A stretch of DNA of 63,955 nt, counting the filler, from Klebsormidium nitens (taxonomy: Eukaryota > Plantae > Klebsormidiophyceae), in NCBI GenBank assembly GCA_000708835.1. It is 6 parts of 6 records of this genome, joined end to end, with 100 filler letters (N's around TTAATTAATTAA, not from the genome) between each part and the next. Parts side by side here need not be neighbours in the genome. Positions count along the whole stretch, not along the records: positions 1 to 16,225 come from DF238018.1; 5 more parts are not named here. One strand, written 5' to 3'. Below the pieces are notes generated by a model. That model was not told the DNA's origin. It saw nothing but the letters and a program-made list of their open reading frames with translations, and did no database searches. Positions 1 through 13,660 of this stretch are shown piece by piece. Both the position numbers and the translations under genes were made by a program. The first letter of the stretch is position 1; every line of letters begins with the position of its first letter.

Positions 1-3000
1 GGGTCAGGTGTCGGCCACCGGGTTAAGCGTAACCGGGGTGGCTTCTCAAGGCGACGGCCTCACTTATAGTGTAACGGTTGTGAGCGATCTGAGGGCTGAC
101 GTTACGGAGAGAACGGTCTGGGTGCAAGAGGGAGCGGTGCAAGACGTGGCCAGGAATCCGAACCAAGCATCGGAAGTTTTGAAGATTAGCTTCGGTAAGC
201 GTGCAATACCTTGAAGGGGCCGGAGCAGTTCAGATTTGGACCCGAAGTGACATTCTGCGGTTTTCATGAATCGTTGAAAGGGCGGCAGGGCTACCGAAGT
301 TCTTTCGTGATCCAGAGTTTGCTTCCTAGAGGCCCTCGTTTGGAGCCGTCTTCGACCTACTTTTGTTCTGAGATTTTTGACACCGGGGCTTCTCGCGGTC
401 CTCAAATGGTCGCTCTTAGGTCAAGGTATTCTCTTCCAGAAGTAATGGATTCCTCTCGTCCAGACCCGTTTCTCCGCCCTATTCAAAAGCTCCATGCGTC
501 GAACATGTTGAGTTACCTCAGCCGAAGCCAATTGAATTCTACATGAGCATTTCTTGTCTCCCACTTCAGGCACCTCCTCGCGCGCCGTGGCCGCGGCCGC
601 GCTCGGCGCGAGGATCGTCTCTAGCGGTCTCGCGACTACGACTGGCATCTCTATTGCGGCGCTTCTTCCCACAGTTCTTCTCCAAGTAGGCGATCTCCTC
701 GGTGCCTGGGCAGGCGGCCTACCGAGCGCATCCCCGGGCGCATCGTCCCCGCGCTTCGCCGCCCGGGGCAATCTACTGGGAATAGTCGGGACGGTGCAGA
801 CGTTCGCGCTGTTCCGGAAGCTGGCCATCCGCCAGTCCGCCGTGTTCCAGGAAGTGACCGGAAGCCTCGCACCGATGGTAAGACTGTGACGTCATCAATG
901 GGATTTGTCATACTGAAAATAAAAGGATTCACGGGAAAAGATTGGATTCTCTGGCATCTTGGAAGCAGCCGGATGCTGGGCTCTTGTGAGATTCCAAGCT
1001 ACAATTGCCTCCTTAGGCATGCCTTCTCAGTTTGGGGTGCTGCGGAAGACATTTTACTCGAACAAAGCATCATCGAAATGTTCCGTGTGCTTTCTTTGCA
1101 TCATACTCAGTTTACGGCAGTGCTGGAGATAAGCGAAGAGGAATCAAGGCGAAACGGACTGAGCTTACTCCGTGAGCCCATCAGTCACAAGCTGTGAGAA
1201 TCAGGAAAGGGAACATTCTGTGTCCAAGTTCCAGCTTCAACTCCGTTCGTTTCATTCTGCTGTCTTTTTTAAAGCTTAACATCGACCTGCTGTCCCTCAA
1301 AGGGAAACTTTTCAACCCTTTATACCTCTCCTCAATCTGCAGGGTCTGGAAAGCCGTTCAAAGCCGTCGCTTGAGGTCGACTCCACTGCTGCCTCCGCGC
1401 TGGCACCGACAGCCTCCGTGACTGGAGTCCGAAGGCGTCTCTTACAGAACGGAACCGGAACAGGCATTTCTGATCCAGATTCGATCCTGACCGAAGGGTG
1501 AGAAACTCTGCATCCTGTGAGACGTCTGCTGACCCGTTATGTCTTCGGATTCAGGGAAGAAGAACGTTGATCGCATTTTTCGCAGACGGTGCCGCTGATT
1601 TGTTGCATGAAGCGGTCGTATCCGTATGAGATCTGAAATGCAGCGGATCCTTTCACTCCATTATCTTGAGGATGTTGATACCCAGGGTACGCCCTAGATT
1701 GCTTTGTTTAGAGCACTGGACCCGGAAGAAGTGCTGCCTTCGTCTCTTCAAAACGAACATAAATGCGCGCCAGTGCTTTGGAGTGGGTTTTCTGGACCAG
1801 CTCTTTCCAATTCATATCATTGCACTTCCTCAATAGATGACATACGTACCCTCTGAATCGACTTTACCAAAGTTGAGCTTGTCTTCGAACGGAGTTTGTC
1901 GATTTGAACTCCAACACACCTCTGTCACTTTCCTCCTGCTACTTTCGCGATCATTTTCAGCAGCACCATGAAGGTCGACACTATCCGCATGGCGCTCAGC
2001 TGGGTTCCTCTCCAGGCTCGTTCTCGTCGTCCTTTCAGAACTTCCGTCGTCCGTAGCGTGCTGGCAAGCTTCTAAAGTCGCTCGCAGCAAACCAAAGCAT
2101 TTCCTCTTCTCTTCTCTAGTTGGCACTCGTCCGGGCTCATTTTCGGACGCGCTCTCATCGTCCTGTCCGCAACGTCCGTCGTCCGGACTGCGGCAGCGTA
2201 TGTTTGGAAGCGTGTGTCCAAACAATCCTTACCGGACCTGCTTCTGTTTCCGAGAGCTGAGCTCCAAGCGGGAGCCTTCTGCTTCTACCCAGTGTCTGTA
2301 GCATGTGCCTCGCTTTTGCAAGGTGAGCTAACGGGGTGCAATACATACAACCAGGTCCCTCTGAAAGAAACATGGGATATCTCAGAGTACTCTTGCAATT
2401 TAGTTCACGTACTATATTGAGAGTCGATTGTAACATGTCCGGTGCCTCTGAAAGAGAAAGGAAACTGAGGTTCAAAGATTGCAGTACTCGAGACCCCGAC
2501 ACGAAACAAGTCAGCCATGTGCTTGAAGCTGCTCACGAATGGCCACCGTACAACGCTCGTCCTCCATTTGATTTGTTTCACGATTCATTTATTCGATGTA
2601 CAGCACTTTGGAGCCATCTTCTTAGCGCGGGGTGGCTTTTTCTTGGAGCTCGCACCTTCAGCTTGCTCTCTGTTCAACCACTTTAGAATTTATGCCTCTG
2701 TGAAGCTCTATAACACATCGATCCAACCTTCTCGTCGCAGGCCACTCAACGACGCATGCCTTTGTCGGGGCACTGCTGCTTCTGTTCATCCCGTGTTCCG
2801 CCATCGTCGTAGTCCTGGGATTCCTTGCAACCCACGTCATACTAGTAAGCCGCGCTATCCCCCCTGCCAGAATCGGTATCACGAACTTTGTACGCCGACC
2901 TATAACTGATGTCATCAGCTTTCTCTTCTCCTCAGTCTCAACTTCGCGCAATCTGGTACGGAACAACTCATTCCGGCTGTAAAGGTGGTTCTCTAGACTA

Positions 3001-5296
3001 TATTTGACCAGGTCCAGACTGTTGCTGGCGGTCAAGGTTTCAGGTTAAGTCACAATCACTGGACCCTCCAGCCCCACAATCCTGATGCATCTCTATATCT
3101 AACCTCTCGCCAGAATCTGTACCAAGCTCTGTACCTTCTTTTCACATGGTCGACTTAAATTGTCTTGGTTGGACCGAAAAGCGCAGATGCGCTTTGCTAT
3201 TCCAGAGAAGCAACCTCTCTCTTAGGAAAATAGCGCGCTGACTTGCAGTCCGGGACTCAAATGATTCAGATGTCTAGGTGAATGAACCCGACGTTACATT
3301 ACTTCATTCGCAGGGATCGGAGGCGCATTTCGAGCCGTCCGGAGATCCTTTCAAGACGCTGACGTGGCGCGGCCGCGCGGCCGCCGCCTGCTTTGGCGCG
3401 CCCTGCGAGGGGCGGTGGACTGACGCGCACCCGGCGTTCAAACGTCCGGCCGGACGATTCGGACTCCTCTTCGAGTCCTTTCGGCCCCCCAGCTGCACTG
3501 GAGTGGGGACCTTATCTGGAAGGGAGACCGCAAATGGAGAAGACGATATAAACGGGCGTCCGCAACTCGGGACCGTTTCCGAGCGGAGTACAGGCGAGAT
3601 GGGACGACTTGAATTGTCCGAAAGCTGTCCGGGACGCACTGGACGGCCGGGTTTGTCCGCGCACGGTGACGAAAGGTCTCAGGAGTCGGACCCAGTTCTG
3701 CTGGGAGCAGGAGTGGGCCGCCGGGTTGCGGACGGTGCGCGCGCGCTTCTCCGGATGCTGCGGACGTGCCACGTGGGCGCAGTACTTACGAAGCGGCTGG
3801 TCTTTGCGGCGCTTCTCGCGGCGCGGGAGCCTCACTTGGCGGGCTCGAACCCGGGGTTGGGTCAAGTGGGCCTTCTCCTGACGACGTCATCGATCTTCCT
3901 TTCCTGGCTGGTGATCGCTAAGCCTTACGTCAGCCAAGCCTTACAAGGCGTTGAGCTGGTTACAGGGATCTTAGAAGTTCTCACGCTGAGCTTGGCGCTG
4001 CTATCTGGCCGAGCGGAGCGGAAGGCGTTCCGGACCGGAACCGCAAACGGAACCGCAGGCACCGGAAGCTTGACGGAAGGAGAGAGGCGGCTGAGCGCAG
4101 GGATGCTGGCGCTTCAAATCTTGGCGGTTGGGGTGCAGACGGGGTATCAGTGGTGGGCAGCATTTGTTGGGCTGAAAGCGCATCGGCAGATGTGGAAGGA
4201 GAGAAGAGAACAACAAACAGAGAAGGAAACGCAAGTCGGGCGATTTTCGCAAACTTTCCGGAACGGGGACGAACGTTCGGCGTCAAAGAGAGGAGTTGCC
4301 AAAGGCCGGAGGGACCTTCGATCCGTTTTGGGATTGCGGGGGCGGCGAGGTGCTGGACGCAAGGAAGGTAGCGACGAGGCAAGCTCGGAAGAGGCGCCTA
4401 CGAGACCGGAAACGGTTGCAAAAAGCGGGCCAGTGCCACGTGTAACCCACGCCAGGAGGCGTAATCAAAGACAATCGGAAAGGCTTTCCAACCTCAGGAA
4501 CGAGAATGATTTTGAAAGCAACTGGGGCTGTGGGGCTTCAGATGTGGACCCGTCGCTGACGCAGTGGTTGCAGGAAGATGTGGAGAGCAAGACCGGAATC
4601 TTGAGCGGTTCGGAACGGGTTAAGAGGAACCGGGAATCCCCGTCAGTGAGGCAGTTTGTTCGAGGAGATGCGGAACTGGGCGCGTCTGGTGGGCAGTCAC
4701 GAAAGTTGCGCACAGTGGAGGACAGGGAAAAGGGAGCGCGCGCAGAACGCGTCGAACGGAAGGGACGAGGTTGGGAAGGAGGAACGGAACGGAAGCAGGG
4801 CAGGACGGAACGCAAGGTTGACAGGAGACCGAGTGTTAGAGCCACAAACCTCTTCGCAAGCAGCGGCGGCGAAGGGAAGGTGAACCTGCGAATGGGTCCG
4901 CAGCAGTCGGACCGCCCTGCAAGGTCCCGTCAAATGATTGAACCGGACGACGAGGGAACGAGTGTCTCGCCCCACAGCGGTGGGCAGGAGATAGTCGCAA
5001 AGCCTCACTTCGAGGAGATAACGGAAGCATCGGCACGCGCGAGCGAGGTCAAGCGCAAAAGCGCGCGCGCGGCGCGGCTGGGGCGGCTCAAGAGCCGGCG
5101 CAAGGTGACGGCGACCGCCACCATGACGTACTTCGTCGTGTCCGAATCGGACGAATCGGAGCTGTCCGATGGTGAGGATCGGACGGCGGGGGTGAACGTG
5201 CGGCTCGAGGTTCGCCGAAGTATGGTGGCGAGTTTTACATTCAAGACAGAGCCAGAGAGTGTTGACAAGGATTGGTACCAGCGTCGAGTTGGATAA
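1..5296 (+). CDS. Multi-exon membrane protein, 5'-truncated: bacterial Ig-like repeat, multi-pass TM region of the uncharacterised plant Ig-like/TRP-like family, and a long basic disordered C-tail
   Basis: The exon at about 1-196 ends VQEGAVQDVARNPNQASEVLKISF|gtaagc, an Ig-like D-x-A-x-N-x-N-x-A-S motif. Exon 570-877 (cag|...atg|gtaaga) has GNLLGIVGTVQTFALFRKLAI. Probable exons lie at about 1343-1498 (RRRLLQ) and 2220-2320 (LPDLLLFPRAEL...LLQG|gtgag). The terminal exon 3314-5296 has GRW...FGLLFESFRPP and hydrophobic helices (LLLTTSSIFLSWLVIAKPY...). Intermediate exon boundaries are only partly resolved. Confidence 0.65.
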
Positions 5297-6910
5297 ACTA
5301 GGGCGACGTGTGCTCTCCTCTGATATGAAAGAGAGGGCTTCGGCAAAATACGGTGGAGGAGGTACCCAAGTTGTGTAAATATAAGCTCGCAGCTCAGCCA
5401 TGTAAAGAGAACTGTTCATCTGTTCAGCGTCACATCGGATCAACTGCTGGTATGATAACGCGTTGAATGAAGTTGTCCAGCTGTAGCTGCCTTGCTGCGA
5501 ACCCGAGTCACGAGTCACGTACGAAATTGAGATTAAGGACTGAGAGGAAATCTCCGATCATTTCAGGAATCGAGTTGCCACTTTCCAGCCAATAAGAGTC
5601 CTTCCAATACTAGCACAGCTATTTAAGATCGTTTCGATCGAAAGGCCGCATTAAGTGGCACGTGCTTTGTGCTATTCACGGAAACGTGTTTGCGCTAAAT
5701 AGTGAATCATATGCGACAACCAAACATGAGCAAGCCGTAGCACACAAGTAGCTATACGGTTCATGACAGGTGCCCTACGTACAGACAACGTAGTCATAAA
5801 CTAGATACATGGCGGCTGCATCAGAGTGCACAATAATCGTCACAGTGCTGCTACTTGGTCAAATATCGTAGCTCATCCGCAGGCTCCGAGGACTAAGGCT
5901 TAAGAAAGGGCCTCAGGCACCACCTCGGGCGCCCATGGTGCGTGGTAATTAACCCGCAGCGCGACTACGGATCGTCTGATTCGTTCCAGTCTTGAGACAA
6001 AGGATGGTGATTACATCCAACGCGATGCATGCAAGTGCGGTGTATATTATCCGGCTGCTGCTTTTTGGCGCCAATAGCCAGAACCTAGCGCTTACATTGA
6101 AACCATGACAGACAGATATCCTACGTTTTGCCGACCGTTCTTCCATTTCCTTCCAAACAGCCTGCCCACCGTACTAGCTCCATGTCCGCCCGTTTCAAGT
6201 TGATCGCCTTCAGCTCGGCCCTGACCTCCCGGGCGTCGTCATCGGGTTCGAGCATGACGACAGCAAGGGCCGGCACCCCGCTTCCCTGTGATCCGGCCTG
6301 GGGCCGTCCATTTCAGGTAAGCATTTGAGCATTTGTGCCTTCTGCAGAAACGGGACCTTCCTGGCTTTCTTTGTTCCGTTCTTTCACCGTTTCGATTCCT
6401 TCCCTTCTAATCCGAGCTCCGGATTCACATGCCAGTGTTCTCTCTGATCCAGCATCACCTCAGCATCATTTCTAGCTTCTTCGCCTCAAGAAGTTGGGAG
6501 AATGACCAACTACTCTTAATCTCGCGCTCTAGATCAGGCCCCCGGATTTGTCGGCGACCTCACCAGAAGACCAGAACATCTTCCCGCAGCTCCTCCAAGC
6601 CCTGGACACTAGTTCCAATGATGGTCCCCAGTTGGCTTCCGCCCCTCTTCCGCCAGAGTCGTCTTTGCCCCACAGCCCGGGCTCAAAGCAGAATCCGGCG
6701 CTTCGCACAATGCTCTTCCTGAACCATCATCTCGCGATACCATCTTCCATCAGTTCCATCGCTCGTCCGTCTTGCTCTAAGTACTGCCCGCCATGGGTTG
6801 CTGTCTCGCGTCCCTGACGCCATCTTGAAGTTCAAGTTTCGCCGCGGCGACCAATGCAATGCGGCCAACGGGTAATACCTAGCTATACCGGAGTGTACGT
6901 GGGAAAATAA

Positions 6911-8224
6911 CCCTTTGTCGGCGGGTGTTGCCTTTTGTTGCCTTTCTTTAACACTCTATGAAAACGCGTGGCAACAACACCCAAAAGCGAACCCTTTGAC
7001 CCGAAACTTCGGAAGGAGGTGTCAATCGACCCAAAGAAAAATACAAAAAAAAAAAAAATATTTTGGGGGGTCCCGGGGGGTTTTGTACGAGTACACTCGG
7101 GTACCCCTATGTTGCCCTGTTGCCCTAGTGGACGGTACCTANNNNNNNNNNNNNNNNNNNNNNNNNNNNNNNNNNNNNNNNNNNNNNNNNNNNNNNNNNN
7201 NNNNNNNNNNNNNNNNNNNNNNNNNNNNNNNNNNNNNNNNNNNNNNNNNNNNNNNNNNNNNNNNNNNNNNNNNNNNNNNNNNNNNNNNNNNNNNNNNNNN
7301 NNNNNNNNNNNNNNNNNNNNNNNNNNNNNNNNNNNNNNNNNNNNNNNNNNNNNNNNNNNNNNNNNNNNNNNNNNNNNNNNNNNNNNNNNNNNNNNNNNNN
7401 NNNNNNNNNNNNNNNNNNNNNNNNNNNNNNNNNNNNNNNNNNNNNNNNNNNNNNNNNNNNNNNNNNNNNNNNNNNNNNNNNNNNNNNNNNNNNNNNNNNN
7501 NNNNNNNNNNNNNNNNNNNNNNNNNNNNNNNNNNNNNNNNNNNNNNNNNNNNNNNNNNNNNNNNNNNNNNNNNNNNNNNNNNNNNNNNNNNNNNNNNNNN
7601 NNNNNNNNNNNNNNNNNNNNNNNNNNNNNNNNNNNNNNNNNNNNNNNNNNNNNNNNNNNNNNNNNNNNNNNNNNNNNNNNNNNNNNNNNNNNNNNNNNNN
7701 NNNNNNNNNNNNNNNNNNNNNNNNNNNNNNNNNNNNNNNNNNNNNNNNNNNNNNNNNNNNNNNNNNNNNNNNNNNNNNNNNNNNNNNNNNNNNNNNNNNN
7801 NNNNNNNNNNNNNNNNNNNNNNNNNNNNNNNNNNNNNNNNNNNNNNNNNNNNNNNNNNNNNNNNNNNNNNNNNNNNNNNNNNNNNNNNNNNNNNNNNNNN
7901 NNNNNNNNNNNNNNNNNNNNNNNNNNNNNNNNNNNNNNNNNNNNNNNNNNNNNNNNNNNNNNNNNNNNNNNNNNNNNNNNNNNNNNNNNNNNNNNNNNNN
8001 NNNNNNNNNNNNNNNNNNNNNNNNNNNNNNNNNNNNNNNNNNNNNNNNNNCATCAGTGCGCGGAAGTGTTTGACTGCTACCGTCGCGGACCGGCGTGCCG
8101 GACCCGTCAGTATTTTTCATCGGCGCCGTCCGCTCGATCGATCGGACGGTCAATTTGATTTTTGCGATTATCGCGAAAATTCACGTACGGTAGAATTGAC
8201 CGAAAGTTCCCCGCCGACAAAGGG
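6911..8224. mobile_element. piggyBac-like TIR element; interior mostly hidden by an N gap
   Basis: Perfect 15-bp terminal inverted repeat: CCCTTTGTCGGCGGG (6911-6925) and CCCGCCGACAAAGGG (8210-8224). It is flanked by TTAA on the right (8225-8228) and ATAA on the left (6907-6910). No transposase is visible. Confidence 0.55.
7142..8050. other. Scaffold gap (909 N)
   Basis: Run of N; ORFs crossing it are artefacts. Confidence 0.99.
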
Positions 8225-8490
8225 TTAAAGGAATACCTATGGTCGCTGAGACGTTTCATGGTGTCACAGAAGATCGACGGTGAGAGGAGGCCACGCCCGC
8301 AATCGTAAGGTAGCAGCCGCCCGCCCCCGCTAGCAAATGGTCCTAGCAAATGCAATGTGGCCTGCTCATGCTTGCAAGCACGCCCTCCCGAAGTCCAGGA
8401 AACGTAATCTGTGCGAAGTCCGCCTGCATTCTATTGCGCTTCGTGTCTGCAATTGTTTTTGAAGACAGCGGCAACATCAGGTAACACAGG

Positions 8491-11118
8491 ATGTCTTCTG
8501 GCCCACCGCCTGACATTGTGGACACTGCTGCGTCCGACAAGGATCTTGACACCGACCATCTTCAGGTAATGTGCCCCACTTATTGCTCAGAGTCCACATT
8601 CTCCATCTTTTGTGGAGTCGGGCAATAAGCCCACAATTGAGGCTGCATTAGATAAATGAGGGGATTTTCATGCGCTGCATGTCTGCAACTGGTGTTGCTT
8701 TCAACACCTTCCTAGCATGCAGGTAGCACTTAGCAATGAGACTTTGTCTAGCCGGGAGCATGCCTTTTTTTAAATGCCAATCAACGCAATGAGTGCATGT
8801 ATAAAAGATACCTGTGTCGCCGTTGGTTTGACAGTTGATGTAGGTGGAGGTCATGGACTCAGCATTGCACATTCTAAAACAATTTCTGGCTGCTTTTGGA
8901 ACTTGGCACCATTTGACAAGCTTGGAAGGGGCATTCGCTCGCTGAGGTTGAGCTTGAAGCGCCACATTACTAGCAGGGACTCGGTACGTCCAGCAGTCCA
9001 TTCCAGACTTTGAAATACTTCCACCACGTCAGAAAATGAAGCGTGAGCTCTTTACAACAGTGAGAGGTGCCTGACCAGGCAGCTCTTGTGCTGTCTGCCA
9101 CCTCTGCATTTGAACCAGAATCTGCGACGTCACCCTATACTAAAGTCAGGACGACATACTTGCCCTTGTAGAAATGTGCCCGGATTTGGTTGGAAGGCCT
9201 GCTGAAGGAGTCGTTGGACCCCGACAAAACGCTCCTGGAGGTGCTGCAGGATGGGGAGATACTGTGAGTCTCTGCTTGCCCGCTTGACTGGACCCAGTCC
9301 ATTTGGCAGTGGCAGTCAACATTTGCACATGCTTCAGGCGCCTCTTGCAGAGCTGAGATGGAGACAAGTGTCCTGTTCTACCGCATCTGCTACTGACTCT
9401 TCTCAACGGGGCGTTGATCGCAAATTCAAGATTCTCAACGGGGCGTTGATGGCCAATTCAAGGTTCTCCGAAAGCCTTCGGTGAACTGAACGCCTTGGTT
9501 CAGATGCAATCTGTTTGAAGGCCATGAGTGTACTAATGCAACGAGCTGGCGACAGAAAACAAGCAACTCTTACCTTTTGCAGGTTACGCGTTGCAAGGGG
9601 CTTGAAGACAGCAAAGGCCTCTGGGCCAGAGGCGGCGAGAGCTTCGTATGCCAAGAAGGGCGCCAACTCACGCTCGTCACAGAAGCTTTCTTATCTAGCT
9701 TACAACAATGTAGAGTATTTTCTGAATGTGAGTGGCACACCCCAACATTACTTTCTCGATCGTCCACCCTTTTTGGCGATGGTAGGCCTAATCTTTGATG
9801 GCCTATGGCGCCTTGTTCGTGCGAACCTTTCCTTTCTTTCCTGATCGGCAGGGCAAGAAAGACACTCTGCGACAATCCATTCCTATTCGCTAGCTGTGAT
9901 GAGGACCCCACTAGCGAGGGTGCACCTTGTGTCGTTACACCCCTGGACTCTGAAATCACCACTTTTCTTATACAGCGAACCAGACTGCCCATCTCACCCG
10001 GCCTCAATGGAGTTAAAACACTGACTTGCATCTCCAAACTTCCTGTGCTGCAGTTCTGCCGTGAGGTCGGCCTGAACGACATCCACCTGTTCTCCCCCTC
10101 GGACCTGGTAGAGAGCAAGGACGTGCGCCGGGTCTGCGTCTGCCTGCGCATGCTATCCAGCAAGGTCAAAGATGCAGTGGTATAGTCCCGGCAACCCGCC
10201 GCCTTCTGAGTTTCGTAGTCCATCGCAACAGAAATTCAATCTTTGCAAACTTGGATTTTGGAGAATTTGCACACCGTACGGAGCCAGTTCTCAGCAACAA
10301 TCCCGCTTCTGCATCCCAGGTCGGATCAGTATCGCGTGTTGTTTTTACCTTCTTTTGAAAGCGAAGGATCTGCTTTCCTGAACAGCTCAGCAGATGCTCA
10401 AGACTCGGTGCCCAATGTTGGCACAATGCTGTGCTTGTTTCAGGGCTTTAGGCCTCCATTGCCTGGCCTCCACCTAATCCGTTTAGTGTTGGTCGTACAT
10501 TCCCCAAGTCAGGCGGGTCTCAAAGAATGACTTTTCTCTTACTTCGTATCCTCTGAATGTACTGAAGCCTTCGAAGAAACAACAAAGCCGGAAAAGTAGG
10601 CGGGTTCGGAAGGGCGCAAGCAGCTGTGGTCTACAGCGACCTTCTCCTTTTGCACGACCTATATTCTCTGGATTATGCCTGCCCATAACGGACTCCCTCG
10701 CACTTTGTGCCAAAAGGTTTCTGGATTTCGTACTTGTTTGACAACATGGTCGTCCCACAGCGAGAGTGTTGAGCCGCATCTACTCGCCAAGTCAACATTC
10801 CACTGGTCCACTGCATCTGTAGAAGAAAATATCATCGTGCTCTGCCCACATGTTGCGACTCTCTTCTACTCATTTGCTTTCCTCCAGACAAGGCCACCGC
10901 AAGCGCGTTTTCCTTCGCACGCGTCGCAAATTGGGCTTCGCATTCATTCCCCGAAGCACAGCGTAAGTGGCTGTTCTTCGCAGGCGGTGTCGTTCGAGGA
11001 CGTGGAGAGCCTGCAGAAGATGCGGCGGCGGCCGTCTACCAAAGTGGGCGACATCCTCGAGACCTTCCAGCCCCGGCGACCCACCGAGGATGCCGCAGTC
11101 TCGGAGCCCCCCGCCAAG
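8491..11118 (+). CDS. Calponin-homology (CH) domain protein of the plant-type uncharacterised CH family; 3' end unresolved, possibly extending to about 12613
   Basis: Phase-compatible GT-AG exons 8491-8565, 9172-9263, 9583-about 9727, 10054-10164 and 10984-11118. They give ...KCARIWLEGLLKESL...LLEVLQDGEILLRVARGL...AYNNVEYFLNFCREVGLNDIHLFSPSDLVESKDVRRVCVCLRMLSSK, which has the CH hallmarks WL, L.DG.IL, N...FL..C...G and LF...DL. Confidence 0.8.
9400..9468. repeat. 32-bp tandem repeat (about 2.2 copies) in an intron of the CH gene
   Basis: ttctcaacggggcgttgatcgcaaattcaaga / ttctcaacggggcgttgatggccaattcaagg / ttctc. Each unit holds the mini-hairpin TCAACG-GGG-CGTTGA. Confidence 0.8.
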
Positions 11119-13660
11119 GTGAGCTCTCGACCGGCGCCTGTTTCAAGTCCAAGGATAGTCATGGTTTCGTGAATTGACAAGGCATGCACTCGTCATTGTT
11201 GTTTGCTTGTGTTGTAGTTGTAAAGGCAGCCTGTCTTGTCTTGACCAGGTGTATTCTTGTGACCATGTCGCAGGGAAACCATGTGAGCCAGGACTAAGCA
11301 TCTTTGCTTCAATTGCCTCTTTCCGAGACTTCGCGAAGCTATCGCTCCTCAGCTTGTGAGCCCGCCTTATGCATTCAAGAGGTGAGGACACGGACTTGAA
11401 GCTCCTCACTTTCTTTCTGGTGCTATGGCAGTCTTTACCTGCGCTCACTCTCAGGTTTTCCTCGTCAGGCAAACGGAGTTTCTTCGCGGCGAGATAGCTT
11501 AAGTGGTACCTCTCGGCTACCAGATTCTGACTCGTCAAAAGCCAATAGATCGGACGACTTGGGTTTCCCGCTGTGGGCTCCTGTGGCGGCAGGACTGCTG
11601 GCGGTGGTGGGAATCTTCCTTGCGAGGAGGGCAGGGTAAGCAACTGCTGTCAATCCGGATCCCCTTTTCTTCTTCTGGCCTTACCTGTCGTCTTTCTTTG
11701 CGTTCGCCCCTGACTACACTCCTTTTCTTTCGTCTTTTTTCTCCCTTCTTTGCGTTGTCCCTCGACTGCCCTCCTGGTGAGCAGGAAGCTCTGTGGCCTT
11801 ACTGTGAGATGCATCCTCGCTCTCCTTGGTCGTCGAGAATGACAGAAATCTGATGGCGTGCTTCGATGCCTGGAATACCTAGCGATTCTCAAGCGGTGCC
11901 GCGCTATTCAGAGCATTGAGAAACGCAGGGACGTCAGGATCGATGGGTGGGCTGTTCTTGATGTACACCTCAAGGCTAGAGCGAGCCCGCCAGCGGTTGG
12001 CAGTCTGGCTGAGACTTAGGTGCATCTGGAGTCGATGTTGCGTCCACTTTTGGCAGTGCAAACTCCGGATCTCCTCTCTGTCGACTCCGCCGGAGACTAT
12101 TCTCGTACCAGCGCGCTCGTCAAGGTCGTACCCCTGTTGTTTGACCGGAATGACGTTGTAACGCCAAGCAACATGAATCCTTTTTGAGGACTTCGGCGTC
12201 GCTTCGTGCCTTCTTTGGCTGTGCAAGGTGCTTCCTTTCAGTTACCAGATACCAGGCTGAGTTCGGAACTGGTGCCCCTGCAGGAAGAAAAAGCCGGCCA
12301 AAACTCCATTGCCGTTGTCAGAGTACGAGATCCAAAAAGGGGATACATTGATACACATATCGGGACGGGTTGGGAAGGCCCACTGGGAAGACCTTGTGAA
12401 GTTGAACCCGACAATCGAAAACCCAGATTTGATCTACCCAAAAGACAAGTTAAAGCTATAGCGCAACTGGCAATGTGCATTTGTTGGTGTTGGGAGGTCA
12501 GCATATTGTGGTCAGCGCTTGTCAAAGTCATGGCGTCCTTATTCAAGGCTGTGTTTGGATCGCACCTGTCAGCCGGATTCGAACCAATAAGAAGTGTTTT
12601 ACTTGATCTTTGATTCGTTCACCTGTGCAAGCTTCCTATATCTGCAACAGCGCACTACAACATGTGGCTGATCCTGTGTGCACGATCTTAGCATGTGCCA
12701 CCACTATCAAAATAGCATGAGCAGTCTGAAATTAGAGCTTGGTGATGGTTTGGTCCCGGTGATGGAAAAGCACTGCAGCCGCCAAAGTTGGTTTCAGGCC
12801 GGTCGGCCTGACTTGACCGTGGCTCAGTTGCCGCAGCTGCTGATTGAACGTAATCACCAACACATTCGAGTCGATTTATAACCCACCTACCCCGCCAGTC
12901 TTTAGTAAGATCGTCACTCGGATCATGGTTGCATGCACCTTTGAGCTCTATATATAGTCAATGACACATTGCACGCGCTGCATATATGCGTTCCAGCGCC
13001 AGCTGATGGTGCATTGTCCTAGGCGCTGCTGCACATATCACGGTGTTGCAGTATTTTGTGCGATGATCACGCTTTCCACACACATATATGTATAAAGCTG
13101 GCCATGACCGTCGGTGCCCGCTCATGGGCGGGGCCCAAATCACATTTCTAAGTCCTAATCTGGCGCGCGCGCGTACATCTGGTTTTGTAGTATGATCAAG
13201 GCGGCTTCATGTACACACAATTCCACTACTCAGTGAGGGCCGCAGCTAGCTGCCGAATACGTGGAACACGGAATTAAGCAGATCTGTGCACATACTTGAC
13301 CGTAAAGGCCGGTGCCACTCAGCCGATGCATTCGCGTGATATTGCTGCGTTTGCAACCTAGGTAGTTGCACATAGATCCAGTATCTGTTCAACATGTTGC
13401 ACGCCTGGTTACCCATTTGCGGCCAACTTAGGTTTGATGCACTGGCGATCGCCGCTTTGCATTCCAACAGCCCATGGTGAGGCTCAAGGTTGTAAACTAT
13501 TTTTCACTATGAGGTTGCCTATTCAACACGTAGTCTTCCAGGACACCCCCGGTGTCCAACCCTTAAAGCACAGCTTCTGACTTAATTGCAAAGTAAAAAC
13601 ACCCCTCTAGCTTATTCCTCAGCAAGAAGTTACCGTTAAAGCCGCAGACAGACGACAGTA

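Noticed and set aside
6120-6868. Short ORFs on both strands between the membrane-protein gene and the TIR element
   Set aside because: No motifs and no consistent splice model.
7125-8158. Long ORFs made of X, here and at 32913-33688 and 50303-50979
   Set aside because: They are translations of N gaps.
9400-9468. CRISPR-like array of palindromic 32-bp repeats
   Set aside because: The units are directly adjacent with no unique spacers, there are only two full copies, they lie in a eukaryotic intron, and no cas genes are present.
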